The notes beneath the pieces were generated by a model. The model ran no database searches. It was not told the DNA's origin and worked only from the letters and a program-made list of their open reading frames with translations. DNA of 64,000 nucleotides, taken from assembly GCF_963853765.1 (NCBI RefSeq), contig NC_088861.1:21420281-21484280 (forward strand). The letters are read 5' to 3'. Numbering within the stretch: position 1 is the stretch's first letter; each line of letters begins with the position of its first letter. Both the position numbers and the translations under genes were made by a program. This DNA is from Magallana gigas. Lineage: Eukaryota. Shown piece by piece: positions 50,325-63,792 of the stretch.

Positions 50325-50470
50325 TACACTACGGCCAATGCGGATCCCGTATTTTCCCGCGACACTGTGATGGTGTTTTAATCTTTTCCGCGATACACCG
50401 TTGCGGTGTTATCTTTGCGGTGATCGCGGAGCCACGATTTTACCGCAATGGTGTAAGACACCGTAACAGG
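50325..50470 (-). promoter_or_regulatory. Candidate promoter region for minus-strand gene C: CCAAT box (ACGGCCAATGCGG), two E2F-like motifs (TTTTCCCGCG, TTTTCCGCG) and several short palindromes (ACACCGTTGCGGTGT, GGTGTAAGACACC).
   Basis: Motifs read directly. The segment lies ~450 bp upstream (minus sense) of the most 5' gene C exon found. Confidence 0.25.
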
Positions 50471-52171
50471 TGTGTGTTTTGTATCTGTGATTAAACCACA
50501 AAGAAGAAAAAAGTGCTGTTTTAATCATTGTTAGAATTTAGATATAGGTATTATTAGAAGAAAAAATCATTATTTTTTTTGAATTGTTTTTAACAAAAAC
50601 TTCTAGAAAACTATTGCTACATGCATTTTGTACATATTGTACAAGAGCTCCAAACAAAATAATGAAATCAAAGGCCGGAACGGCCACAAAGGCATCAAAC
50701 TGACATTTTCTTTTATATAGAATGATATCAATAATTTGAATTTCTGTTAATTTAATAGTCGTATATCAAATAATTTTAGACATAGAATAGAGAAGTATAT
50801 GAATTATGTTTTGTGCTGCTTTAAAAACAAGAATAAGTTTATTTTCTTTTAAAATAGGTATTGGTGCTTTTATAATTCAGTAACTCATTATGGTTACAAA
50901 ATTTGAAGAAATTTCAAAGTTCAAAAATAAATTATTTTCTTTAAACAATTTTCACAGGTTCATGATTTGAATACATTAACAGCATATGTCCCTAATTATA
51001 ATAATAAAACATACTTTTATTAATTTCAATTCCCGTTTGTAACAAGATTCCCTATGGTACGGTTGTTTACAAACAAATCCACAACACGTGCTATCTAAAA
51101 TGCTCGACCAGACCAACTACATAATCGTGCTTATTTTTAGCAACAAAATCACTAGATACGTTTATCGCTTACATTCATTTTGGAAACCGTGCCCGATAAC
51201 AAATAAATTTACGTCGCAAATTTTATTTCTATCGGGCACGCTCTCCAATTAAAATGTAAGCGATAAACTAAAATAATATTTAGTGAATTTTTACACCTGA
51301 TTGTATTCATCCGCCATTTCTAGATTAAGCAAATTTATACTTATGCAATGAGTTGTCAATAACCAGGTAGGCAAAGCTGGTTTTTTTGTACACAAACTTA
51401 TTTCTTATGCGCATTTAAAAGGCGATGCAGAGCATGAATTTGGACGATTGCCAATCCAGACGATTGCTAGAAGGCTGTCGAGCATTAGCTCGACGCCTTA
51501 AAAATGACAATAACAAACTGTCAACCATCTCAAAAATCCATAAAACGAAATACAAATTCAAAGCAGAGCAACATTGTATTACGCAAATCATGCATAAACA
51601 TGTACTTGAAAATTAGTTAAGTATTATTTTTTGGCATATGGTGAGTTGAAAATATGCCACTGATTTTATGAAGATAAATATTACGCAATGTACTATTATG
51701 AGGTCACTACCGTATGCATCAACTCAACTTGTCTGTTTCCCCCTCAATCTGACTCTTATTTAACTCATTAACTAATTTCTGCCCCCCCCCCCCCCTCTCT
51801 CTCTCTCTTGTTTTTAATAAATAAGATTTTATCTACATTTAAGACGGTCGGTGTTAATTATTGTTTATGCAACGGTTATGGTCAATCATTAAACAATTGC
51901 CACCTTGCAGGACAAGCGTCACCTGAATGAACATCCCGTTCACAGGTCACCCGTCTAATGCCTTGGGCCATTTAAATGATGAAGTAGGTGTTAAAATTAG
52001 GTAACGCTTGCATATACACAGCCACTTCTAGGTATCGAGAGTAAAAAACAATAGATTATAAATAACCGGACTGCAGTTTGACTTCAAGGGATCAAAGGTT
52101 TTGAGTGATCAATATTGTAACCTGCTAAGTTATTTTGGGAAAAAATTCAGGACCGGAGACTCACTTTGAGA

Positions 52172-53398
52172 GGGGTCATGATTTTCACAACTTTGAATCT
52201 ACACTACCTGAGGATGCTTCCACACAAGTTTCAGCTTTCCTGGCTGATTAGTTTCTGAGAAGAAGATTTTTAAAGATTTACTCTATATATTCCCATGTTA
52301 AACTTTGACCCCCCCCCCCCCAATTGTGGCCCAACCCTACCTCCGGGGGTTATGATTTTCACAATTTTGAATCTACACTACCTGAGGATGCTTCCACACT
52401 AGTTTCAGCTTTCCTGGCTGATTAGTTTCTGAGAAGAAGATTTTTAAAGGTTTACTCTATATATTCCTATGTTAAACTTCAACCCCCCCCCCCCCCCCCC
52501 ATTGTGCCCTACCCTACCCCCGGAGGTCATGATTTTCACAACTTTGAATCTAGTACACTACCTGAGGATGCTTCCACACAAGTTTCAGCTTTCCTGGCTG
52601 ATTAGTTTCTGAGAAGAAGATTTTTTAACAATTTACTCTATATATTCCTTTTTTAAACTTCGACCCCCCCCCCCTCATTGTGGCTCCTCCCTACCCCCAG
52701 GGGTCATGATTTTCACAACTTTGAATCTACACTACCTGATAATGCTTCCATACAAGTTTCAGCTTTCCTGGCTGATTTGTTTCTGAGAAGAAGATTTTTA
52801 AAGATTTATTCTATATATTCCTACGTAAAACTTTGACACCCCCCCCCCTTGTGGCCCCACCCTTCCCCCGGGGGTCATGATTTTCACAACTTTGAATCTA
52901 CACTACCTGAGGATGCTTCCATACAAGTTTCAGCTTTCCTGGCTGATTTGTTTTTGAGAAGAAGATTTTTTAAGATTTACTCTATATATTCCTATGTTAA
53001 ACTTCGACCCCCCATTGTGGCCCCACCCTACCCCCGGGGGTCATGATTTTCATAACTTTGAATCTACACTACCTGAGGATGCTTCCACACAAGTGTCAGC
53101 TTTCCTGGCTGATTAGTTTCTGAGAAGAAGATTTTTAAAGATTTACTCTGTATATTCATATGTAAAACTTTGACCCCCCCATTGTGGCCCCACCCTTCCC
53201 CCGGGGGTCATGATTTTCACAAGTTTGAATCTTCACTACCTGAGGATGCTTTCACACAAGTTTCAGCTTTCCTGGTCTTATGGTTCGTGGGAAGAAGATT
53301 TTTGAAAATTTCTCGAAAATTTTCATAAATTCCTAATTATCTCCCTTTGCAAAAGGGCGTGGTTCTTAATTTTTTACAGCTTTGAATCCCCTTAAGCT

Positions 53399-53436
<38 letters not shown>

Positions 53437-53560
53437 ATGGTTCTTGAGAAGATGTTGAAAATGTGAAAAGTTTACAGACAGACGGACAGACAGACGGACG
53501 ACAGACAAAATGTGATCAGAATAGCTCACATTGAGCTAAAAGCTCAGGTGAGCTAAAAAG
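52172..53560 (+). mobile_element. Family-A element without a 5' arm (it starts mid-monomer): about 7 monomers plus a full 3' tail with (GACG/GACA)n and the terminal palindrome.
   Basis: Monomer consensus. The tail ends at ..AAGCTCAGGTGAGCTAAAAAG. Confidence 0.8.
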
Positions 53561-53639
53561 TAAAACATTAAAGGAGTTTGATTTATGCAATAACGCGTTA
53601 CTATATAAGGTTGACAATAAATATCGTACGCACTTTAGG

Positions 53640-53781
53640 TAGACCGTCTATATTCGAACACAAACAATGCATAATTCAGACAGGTACATTGAAAAATTCC
53701 TGTGTTTACAGGTGTGTAACTATTACATAATACTTTCTGTCTGTGACTGCACTCGAGCTCTGACCACATGCCGTGAGACAC

Positions 53782-53827
<46 letters not shown>

Positions 53828-54240
53828 ATTCATATCAAATAACTAATATTTTATGTAATCTGGTAAAATAGTACATGTAGCCGTAACGGCATTCTGGTTG
53901 AAACGCAGATCTCTACATAAGCACATATGTTGTTGTAACGGGCGTTTTTGGAAATATATCATACCATGGACGTATATTTAAGTCCCTGAAAATATATACG
54001 CTTCTATCTTTACAGCATGAAGATAATATAATGCACGATTCAGACATGTATATAGAAAATCACAAGTACAGCAAAAATTTTAGAAAAGATATCCATGTGT
54101 TTTTGGTTGTGTATAACTATTACATAACTCTTCCTGCCTATGACAGCATCCGTGCTCTGTCCACGTGCCGTGAGAAATCTTATCAAATGTTGAGACACCT
54201 TTTCTCTCTCTCACTCACTTTCTTTCTCTCTTTCCCCCTA
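53640..54240. repeat. Local tandem duplication. Two ~190 bp units (53640-53830 and 54040-54240) each end in a (CT)n microsatellite, e.g. (CT)22 at 53785-53828.
   Basis: Shared ..GTGTAACTATTACATAA..CTGTC..GCTCTG.CCAC.TGCCGTGAGA..(CT)n. Confidence 0.6.
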
Positions 54241-54254
54241 AATCAAAATACATA

Positions 54255-55039
54255 CAGGGCTCGACATTAACGCTTGTCCGCTTGTCCGGTACCAGTTAAA
54301 AAAATATACGGACAAGTGAATATTGCTTGCCCCTTGTCCAGTCAAGTGCATTTTTATGTAAAGAAGTCTCCAACATAAAGAGTAAAGAAAGTGTTGTGAT
54401 AGTCCCGTTATAAGTTTATCGATTAGTTATTTTGATTTTCGATCCCGACTTCAACTTGATCGGGATTGAAGTTCACTAATTACAAACAACTTTCAATATT
54501 GAACTGTAAAGGTGTGGATCTTAGTTCTTACACAGTACCAAACACACGTTATCAACAAGAAAGGAAGAACAGGTAGCAAAGATAAACTTCAGGATTATGG
54601 AAAGAAATGTAATTTATATTAGGTTTCATTCATCATTGATAGACTATGATGACTTTCCATGTTTAGTTTAAAAAACAGATGAGAAATCAATATAAGAGTT
54701 ACATGTATTTTAAAACCTGATGCTAAATTTAAAATGGCTTGTAATTTGCCATGACAAAGCCACAGCTGACAAATCATGTTTAATGCTATATGGAACCAAT
54801 ACATTTAGGAAAGACGTCACTTTAAGTTTCCATTTAAGAAGTCAGGTTATTAATTATGGCAAGAATAATCAATAAATGACTTTATTTTAGTAATACAGAA
54901 CTGTAGTTTTCAAGTTGACAATATTTGATCTTTAATATTGAAAAGTTTTTGGACAAGTGAAGTTGAAGTTCGGACAAGTAAATATCTTGGTCACTTGTCC
55001 GAATGGACAAGTAGGAAAAAAAGTTAATGTAGAGCCCTG
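54255..55039. mobile_element. Non-autonomous TIR element (~785 bp) with TIR CAGGGCTC(G/T)ACATTAAC, subterminal CTTGTCCG / CGGACAAG repeats and a putative 3-bp TSD, ATA.
   Basis: 54255-54272 is the reverse complement of 55022-55039 with one mismatch. ATA lies at 54252-54254 and 55040-55042. Confidence 0.6.
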
Positions 55040-57564
55040 ATATAAAATTCCAAGAAATTTGAAAATTAAAACTTTCTTAATTTTTAACATGGCTAGAGGA
55101 ATAGATAATGTATCACATATCTTTTAAAAAAATTTTTTACTTATTCACACAAACACACAAATCGTATGTTCATATAATGATTCCTATAGTGATTCAAAGT
55201 TTACATTCATTCAAACAATCACATTTTTACCATTTTGAAAAGTACAATTACTAGATGTATGTATAAAAAATTACTGTAACTGTGTTCTCGATTACTATCT
55301 CCAGTCCTGATCATTATAGTCTGTTTGTTAATTGTATTTTAATCGAGTGTTAAGTATATCATTAAGAGGTTATTTCATAGATGTATTTTGTAGACATTGT
55401 GTTATAAATACGCAGAAGAATTTTTTTTTTAATATAAATTTAAAAAACAAAATTTTCATTTGGTTAAAATTAAATTATTCTATCAAGAAAATTTCGCTGT
55501 TTGTAAAAACAGACTATATACTTCTATTTAGCATACCCCAAGTCACACCAATTGCTGCAGGGCACCCACCCCGACGGCAGCCACACAAATTTTGTATACA
55601 CATACTGTACACGTAATGTTACACAACTCCCCATCCTCGGTTGGTCAACTATCACTGCGAAATTTTAACATGTGATGGATTCCCCAGAATATATAATCAT
55701 TTGTATTTTTAAATCCCGGGTTTTGAACGACCAACATAAGTATTGGGTGACCCGTTGAACATCATACTTTTGCCAAATCGGAGAGGAATAAGTCAGTTTT
55801 TAAATACAAACGACGTTAACATTAACATTTTCTTATACAGACTGAACCTTATCTATTTTACAACGATTGATAAACAGGTTCTAGTGTACAGCTTATATTC
55901 ATATATCTTTTGATGTCATGGATGTTAGCGCGAGGGGGTCATTGATGTAGGAAGAAGCCGGAGTACCCGAAAAAAACCATGAGTCCAAGCGGGCGACCAC
56001 CATACCAATTCACATAAAACCGCTGTCGATTGCAGGGATCGAAACTCGGGTTGTAGCGTTGATAAGCAAATGCATTTTAAAACATTTTACCTCTATTTAC
56101 CCTACATGTATTTTGCTATTCAATAATTCTATAAACGTATTTAAGAGAAATTACCAAATGTAAGGAATGTTTGATGGTAAGAACTAATTATGAAAGATTG
56201 TAAATGGAACGCCATTTAGTATCCCCTTTCCCGAGGCTAAATAGGATATTTTGGTGAAATGGTTACTAATTGAATTAATTGATAACTGATAATTATCAGC
56301 GTTGAATGTGCAAAAATTAAATTATATGTAATAATGCTATCGAGCATACAAAACAGTATAAAATATTTTGAATAAGCATAATTACATATGTTCCTTTTAT
56401 TTCTCTATTTTTTTTTAAATAATAATTATTTGTAACAATCAACTCCATTTATAAAATAAATGAATATGAACTAATATTCATTAATACCAACAATCACATT
56501 TCCCATATAAGAAGAAATTGGGGGAGGTAACTCGCGTTAAAAACAAGAACAGTTTTCACCTGAGACTCAGGTTCCACGGTACCGCGAAGGTGTGGACAAG
56601 GTGAGAAGCTGTACCACGAGGATGCCTGGTTTTACCTGAGTTACCTGTGCTAAACCGCAATCAATTTTTTCACACCACGAGGACTTGTGGTAAATACGCA
56701 AACCGCGTTGGCCGTAGTGTATCATAATGAATTAAGCAGATAAAGAACTTTTATTTATTGTTTAAAGAGACAGTACAGCTGAAAACACATGTGTGAATAA
56801 CTTTAGATTTATAGAGTTGAAATACATGAAAATCCCTTTCACATACTTAATTAACGTAATTATGAACTTCCGGAAATTCAAGGGTCGTACAAACCAGAAT
56901 TATCTTAAATCGTTTATTTGTACCATGTGGACTTTGATTGACAGTAATTGACACGTGCTGAAAACTACAAGATCTTTGTCCCACTACTGTCATCATGGAA
57001 AACGAGGTTAAAGCGATTCTCTAAATGAAACACATCCTTTCTTACTTGATAATTTATAAATGGTTTACCAATTCAGGTTCATTTTAAAATGAATAGACAT
57101 ATATATGTCAAATAACCCCTCAAGGGGCCTCATTTATAAAAATAAATTTAGGTTGTAGCAACTCCTATACTAAACACGAAAAATACATGCTAACAAAATA
57201 ATAATTGTGGTGATTTTAAAAACTTTGAACAGTTATTACCTATGAGAAGTAGAAAAGACATATTTTTATCAACAAACCTGTCCAGGAGATTCTTCGCGAG
57301 CCCTGCATGTGTTTTGTTTACGGTAAATACGCATCTGTAATAGTATAGAAGGCTGAACCCCGAACACGTTGCGATGTATTTATGTGAAATATAATTTTAC
57401 TTAAACTTTCAGAAATATTGTATATATTTCTGATCGGACATCAACACTATTCTTGTAGTTAAAGACCTGCTCAATAATGTGAACTTTAAATATATGGATT
57501 AAATTTTGATTAAAGTAATGTTTCAGTTTCCTTCCAATTCATACTTTGGTGTTCCAAGTCAAAA

Positions 57565-57720
57565 TAAATTAAAACAGACTGAACGATAAGTGAACGCTGA
57601 ACGAACGGTAAGCACAATATGTATGCTTTGTGAATGCACAGTAAACGCACAATGAACGGTGAGCGCAAGCTGAGCGGAAAGCACAAGTGAAGGCATGGTG
57701 AGCACATGGTAAAAGCACAG
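57565..57720. repeat. Second locus of the TGAACGGTGAGCGCA-like minisatellite.
   Basis: GAACGATAAGTGAACGCTGAACGAACGGTAAGCACAA..AATGAACGGTGAGCGCAAGCTGAGCGGAAAGCACAAG. Confidence 0.6.
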
Positions 57721-58573
57721 AAAAATGGGAAAGTAGAACATTTCAAGGACTGTAATATCCTTATCATAATTTAACTGATCCCTGCATTTTGATTTTTCTT
57801 GCTGAAAAACACTTGCAAACTATAGCCTAAACAATAAAAACAAGCATTCTGAGAGTATTTCATAAGCAATACACGTCCCCTACCGGTTTATGAAAATTGT
57901 GAAAACAATGCATTGTTATGCAGAATATCGAACCCGAACATTAAAAAATTGGAATATAAAACATTAATTTTCTGGAAAATATGTCAACCAGATGCTACAA
58001 AAGTGTAAACTTGATCTGTAGTTTGACATTTTCAAGCTGTTCAGCAAAAATATTATTCCTCAAACGCATAAAGAAAAAAGTGTGGAAAACTGAAGTGGGA
58101 CGGAGGGACGGACGCAGAGGAAAGCTATAGTCCCCTCCGGTGAAAACCGGTAGGGGACTAAAAACATAGGTAATCACAGATAATGACACTCATCAAGACG
58201 GAGCATCACCTTTATGAGACTACTTTATTCATTTTATATGAAAATCATAGTAAATGATCTTGGATATTAATGGATACTGTAGTGTGGTTTGACACTATAT
58301 CGTATATCATATGTTAGAAAATTGAAAAATGTGAATTTCATACAGTATTATAAAATACATTATTATACTTTCATGCTAAATACTGAAATCTGATAGGTTT
58401 ACACACAGTTGATAATCCGTTCTATTACCCTCAGCGTTAGATACACACTTAGCAACAGGTAACACAACGAATTGTTACATGCGCGTAAATCATGCGCATA
58501 CGGTTCGCCGTAGAATTCATGTCATTTCTATATAAAAGCAGTAAAAAATTCTCTAAAATTAAGACATTCAGTA

Positions 58574-59190
58574 TAACAAGAATAGAATTCCTGGGTCCCC
58601 AGCCGGTCAAGCAGTATACTAGTATCGAGTCTATCGACCAAGGCTGATTTAGGAACTTGACCAAGGTATTAGTGGTATAAACATTTGGTATAAATTTAAT
58701 GAAAATCCGTCAAAATTTGTAGGCATGAGAGCGCTTACAAGGTCAATTTTTGGATAAAACGGAGTCATTATTGTGGTCAAAGTCCCATAACTCCAACAAA
58801 AAGTATCCTCCAATGCTGGTTTTCGAACTTGACCAATGTATTAGTGGTATAAACATTTGGTATAAATTTAATGAAAATCCGTCAAAATTTGAAGGCATGA
58901 GAGTGCTTACAAGGTCAATTTTTGGATAAAACGGAATCATTATTGTGGTCAAAGTCCCATAACTCCAACAAAAAGTATCCTCCAATGCTGATTTTCGAAC
59001 TTGACCAAGGTAATAGTTGTATAAACATTTGGTATAAATTTAATGAAAATCCGTCAAAATTTGTAGGCGTGAGAGCGCTTACAAAAAAGTGTGACGTACG
59101 GACACACGGACGCACGGACACACAGACCCACAGACCCACAGACGGACGCCCGGCATTTCTATGTCCCCGCTCCGCGTTGCGGCGGGGGAC
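58574..59190 (+). mobile_element. Family-B composite element, second copy: 5' arm, about 3 monomers, a (GGAC/GCAC/CACA)n block and the GC hairpin GTCCCCGCTCCGCGTTGCGGCGGGGGAC.
   Basis: Collinear with 39757-40917. Confidence 0.8.
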
Positions 59191-59194
59191 AATA

Positions 59195-59330
59195 AAATAA
59201 ATAGTGCCTGTTTGGGAGGATAACAGTTGAAATTGACACCCCTCGATAACCATTGTCAAACATTGTCAAACAATGGCTTCCTTGGGGTGTCAATTTCAAC
59301 TGTTACCCTAATAAAACAGGCACTATTTAT
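59195..59330. repeat. Hairpin-forming inverted repeat (AAATAGTGCCTGTTTGGGAGGATAACAGTTGAAATTGACACCCC .. GGGGTGTCAATTTCAACTGTTACCCTAATAAAACAGGCACTATTT).
   Basis: A third copy of one arm lies at 59515-59585. The ~200 bp segment 58360-58560 is duplicated at 59335-59510. Confidence 0.6.
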
Positions 59331-59676
59331 ATATTGTTATACTTTCATGTAAAATACTGAAATCTGATTGGTTAAGACGCAGTTCATAATCCGATCTATT
59401 ACCCTCAGCGTTAGCAACGCACTTAGCAACTGGTAACATTACAAATTGTTACATGCGCAAAAATTATGCGCTGTAGAATTCACATTATTCCTATAATAAA
59501 AGCAGTAAAATTTTCGGTTGACAATGGTTTTCTCGGGATGTCAATTTCAACTGTTACCCTCCCAAACAGGCACTATTTATATAATGTTAACCAATACAAT
59601 AATATAAAGTTTGATATTGCATCCTATAATACCATACAATGTTGAGTCATAAGATATATCATATGATACAATACAA

Positions 59677-60114
59677 CAGATGTTTGTGAAACACTAAAAT
59701 GCCCCCTCCTTTGGTAAAATGAATGTTAACTGCAAATAATTGAAATTTTTCAATATCTAAGTGCATAACTCTGCCAAAAATCAACCTTGACCTATATATT
59801 ATTAGGTAAATCTGCATATTAAATTTCATTTCAATATAATCATCCTCTGCAAATGCAAAAAAAATGAGTGGAAACTGCAAATAATTTGGAATTTTTCTAT
59901 GTCCAAGGGGCATAACTCTGTCAAAAATTGCTCGATCATACCCAGTATCGAACTTGATCTAGATATCATCATGATAAAGCTGTATACCAAATATCATTAC
60001 AATATCCCTGAAAATGAAAATGAACGGAAATTGTTGGTCAACCGACCGACAGACAGACGGACAGACAAACAGCAGCAAAGCAATATTCCCTCCTTTCTTC
60101 GAAGGTGGACATAA
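59677..60114 (+). mobile_element. Family-C composite element, third copy.
   Basis: 5' end AGATGTTTGTGAAACACTAAAATGCCCCCTCC. (GACC/GACA)n then 3' end ..CGAAGGTGGACATAA. Confidence 0.65.
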
Positions 60115-60129
60115 TAATACTGTAATACA

Positions 60130-60720
60130 TAATGATTCAATATGATATTGCTACATTTAACATTATATCAAAAAGTGATATTGTTTCATATAAAATGATA
60201 TGGTATTTTATCATGCTATACAAATGATATGACATCATACAATATTCTAGTGTATGATATTGTATCATATAATAATTATATGATACGTAATATGAAATTG
60301 TAATATATGATACAATCATGTGATAAAATATTTTATTATATAATACAATCTTGTATGTTACAATATTATATTTCACAATATCATATGATACAATTTCATG
60401 TGATGCAATAATATACAATACAATATCATATTATACGATATCATTTCACATGAAACAATATATATTATTAGTTATATATATGTACGGGATATACATCGTC
60501 CCCACATGACTGCTGTTAACAAATAATTTCCTTAAAGTTTAGCAAGAGGTAAGATTATATAATTATACAATATGGTATCATATAATAAAATATTATGTAT
60601 TTCATTATCGTATGATAAAATATTATTCATTTCATTATCATATGATATAATATTATGTGATTCAATTATACATGTATATTATATCATACAATATCACATT
60701 ATACAATTCTGGACTTCATT
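60130..60720. repeat. Low-complexity AT-rich region built from ATATCAT / ATGATAT / TGTATCATAT motifs. The overlapping track ORFs are spurious.
   Basis: Direct observation of short motif reiteration on both strands. Confidence 0.6.
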
Positions 60721-62506
60721 ATAGGTCGATATGTGGTTATATGGACCCAATTAACTGTCAAGTGATATCGACTAAAGACACAGAAAGTGATATCAACCCA
60801 GCTTGCGAGTCAATATCTCTTTCTGTGTCTGAGGTTGATATCACTAAACATGGGCCCATATAACCACATATCAACCTATAATAAAGTCCATAACAGTTAT
60901 ATTATATAATCAATTGCAGCACTGTTATGCCTGCAATGAAATTCATTTATAGACAAAAAAGATAGAAAATTGCACATCAAAATGACATGCAATCCTTTAA
61001 AATAATTTAAATATGCATCAATTAGCTGTTAAAATATCCTTATTCTAATAATAACTACCAGCATAATTCATTATTTACAGCGCTGTCATCAATTAAAAAA
61101 AATCCTACACTCTCAGAATAAAAGCGAAAGGCCAGTCTCGCTGCACAGCTTACTACAACGTCATCTGCCTCTTGATGACGCACAAAGTGAACAGATAAAA
61201 AGCTAATAAGAACAGTTTTAATCAATGAAAATTAGAGATTACTGCAGTATAGCTAAACAAACTAGACAACATTGAGATGGTGACCATCTCAAAGGGCCCC
61301 ACTTAAATAGTGGACATAAGGATGAAAAGAATTTTTGAGAATTTTGTTTGACCTTGACATATAACTTTGTTGGATCTCAAATGACCTTGACATTTGATCT
61401 ACTAACTTCAAAGTCACTGCATACCCTTTGATTAAAGGCACCATGTAGTATGAGCCAGATTGGATCATAGGGAGAAAAGATGTGCTCCAGACAAAGATTT
61501 TTAATAAATTCTCCAATGACCTTCACATTTGACCTTGAAATTGGTTCATAGTCACTACACACCCATTATTCATAAGCTTTGTTTATGTGAAGTATTAGCC
61601 AAATAGGGCTAAGTAGAAAGTAAATATATACTTTGAAAAAAGGATTTTTGCATGGTCCTATATGACCATGGCCCTTGACCTACATGTACAAACTTCATTC
61701 AAGGTCACTGCAAACCCTTCAACCGTAGACACTCTGTGAATGAAGTATTACCTAGACTGGACAAAAAGGAGAGAAGATATGACCCGCAAAAGAATTGTAT
61801 TTATAATTCTGCTATGACCGTAACCTTAATTCTAGAAATATGGTTCAAGATCATTACACACGTATTACCCAAAGGCACTCTGTAGGTGAAGTATGAGCCA
61901 GATTTGGCAAGGAGAGAGAAGATATCCTTCAGACAAGCAATCTTGGATGGACAGATGGATGGAAGGACCAAAAGACGGAAGAATGGATGGATAGACTGAT
62001 CCCTATAGGGCGCCTGCAGAGCGGGACACTATAATTATGATTGAAGAATATTTTGCATAATATTATTTCTAAATTCTAAAGATGCACCATCCTTGCAAGT
62101 TTGGTAAGTTATGACCAGTCATAACTATAATCATCAAAAGGCACCTGCTCCATAAGCTTTCACCAGCTTCAAAAACCTTAACCTCCTCCAGCATCTGAAA
62201 CCTTTGACTCAGATTTAGCATTTCAGCCTGTCAGGTGCATCAGTAGCATAAGACGCATCATCCATGCAAGTTGGTGAAGTTAAGACCAATGGTAACTTAG
62301 AAATGGCTAATAAAGGGCACCTGCTCCAAAATCTTTAACCTGCTCCAAAAACCTTTGCTTCCTCCAGCATCTGAAATTCATGGCCAAAATTCAGCATCCA
62401 AGTCTTGTAAAGTCCATAAGTAGGTCCAGATGCATTATCCATGCAAGTTTAGTGAAGATAGGACAAATATTAACTTAGATACAGGACCTGCATCAAAAAC
62501 ATTAAC

Positions 62507-63060
62507 CAGTTTAGCTGCAGAACTGTAGCTCTCCAGGAAAAAAATATTGACAGACCGGAGAGCTACAGGGCCACCCATTGAAAAATTTGTATATTTATTG
62601 CGCAGAAAAACGTGCGCTAGTTTTCGACTAATTTACCTTATTTATACGCAAATTCTGTGAAAACAATTAGTACCATTAAATTCTTCATGCAATTTACTAC
62701 TGATACCGCCTCTTTATTTGCCTCAGACTTTCTCCGAAATACGCTACCGACCTCGGAAAATCAAGTATGTTGAATTTACATCGAGAACGAGAGTCGCCAT
62801 TTTTACATGTAAACAAAGTGCACCATATGAATTTACGGGACTGGTGATGGTGTTTAAAAGACTATCCGAGGCAAGTGAAGAGACGATATCAGTAGTAAAT
62901 TGCATGAAGAATTTAATGGTACTAATTGTTTTCACAGAATTTGCGTATAAATAAGGTAAATTAGTCGAAAACTAGCGCACGTTTTTCTGCGCAATAAATA
63001 TACAATATTTTTTTCCCCGGAGAGCTACAGTTCTGCAGCTATAACCAGTTCTGGGTGCCA
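62507..63060. mobile_element. Foldback element with inverted arms of ~190-230 bp that are near-identical, apart from a ~45 bp insertion in the left arm, around a ~170 bp central loop.
   Basis: 62590-62715 is the reverse complement of 62890-63010. The outer arms GCAGAACTGTAGCTCTCC / GGAGAGCTACAGTTCTGC are also inverted. Confidence 0.65.
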
Positions 63061-63792
63061 ACATCGGGGCTATAGCATAAGCTCCCTCCGACTTTGTCTC
63101 AGTGAGCTAAAAACGCAGCATTATAGGTAGAAATGTCTTACTAAACTCATATCTTTTTGGTAAATGTAGGTACATGTTCTATAGAGAATACATTATTTCT
63201 AACCTCCTCATATACATCTGGCAGGTAAGCCCCTGGTTGATTGATCATCCATTCTTCACCTGTAACATGTTTGCTATTAAAAAAGAAAAAAAATAATGTG
63301 AAACAAAATTACACTAAAACAAGCACTCTGAGAGTATTGAATACTGTGGTATCATCATTGTCATGGGTAACCCTTAATTGCCAATGAATTTACATCCATA
63401 CGAACTTATATATACAAGTATTTGTTAAATATTTAATTACAAAATAGAACTACCAACTACTAACGAAATACACCCCCAAGAGCCAGGAAATTTTTAGCTA
63501 CCTACAAACATTGACTCCCACGAATAATCAAAGTACCTAAGTACTGATGGGAGTTGATTTTATCGATTATCATTTATTTTAAAATCAACTTATCTTGCAT
63601 GGCAATTAGTTTCTAGTCTGTATTTGAATTACGCACTTTTTTATAATATGAATTTTTATACTTTTCCAGCAAGAATTTCATGAAACCCCATATGACTCGT
63701 GTTGTGTAATATTTAAAGATAGATTGCAAACTATGTATAAGTAATTGAAACAATTCTAAAATTTGTATGCATCCAAACACTATTGACATCGA

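Noticed and set aside
60137-60863. 93-aa and 68-aa ORFs in the 60.1-60.9 kb region.
   Set aside because: The region is low-complexity ATATCAT/ATGATAT reiteration. The ORFs are Y/I/M-rich artefacts of the repeat.
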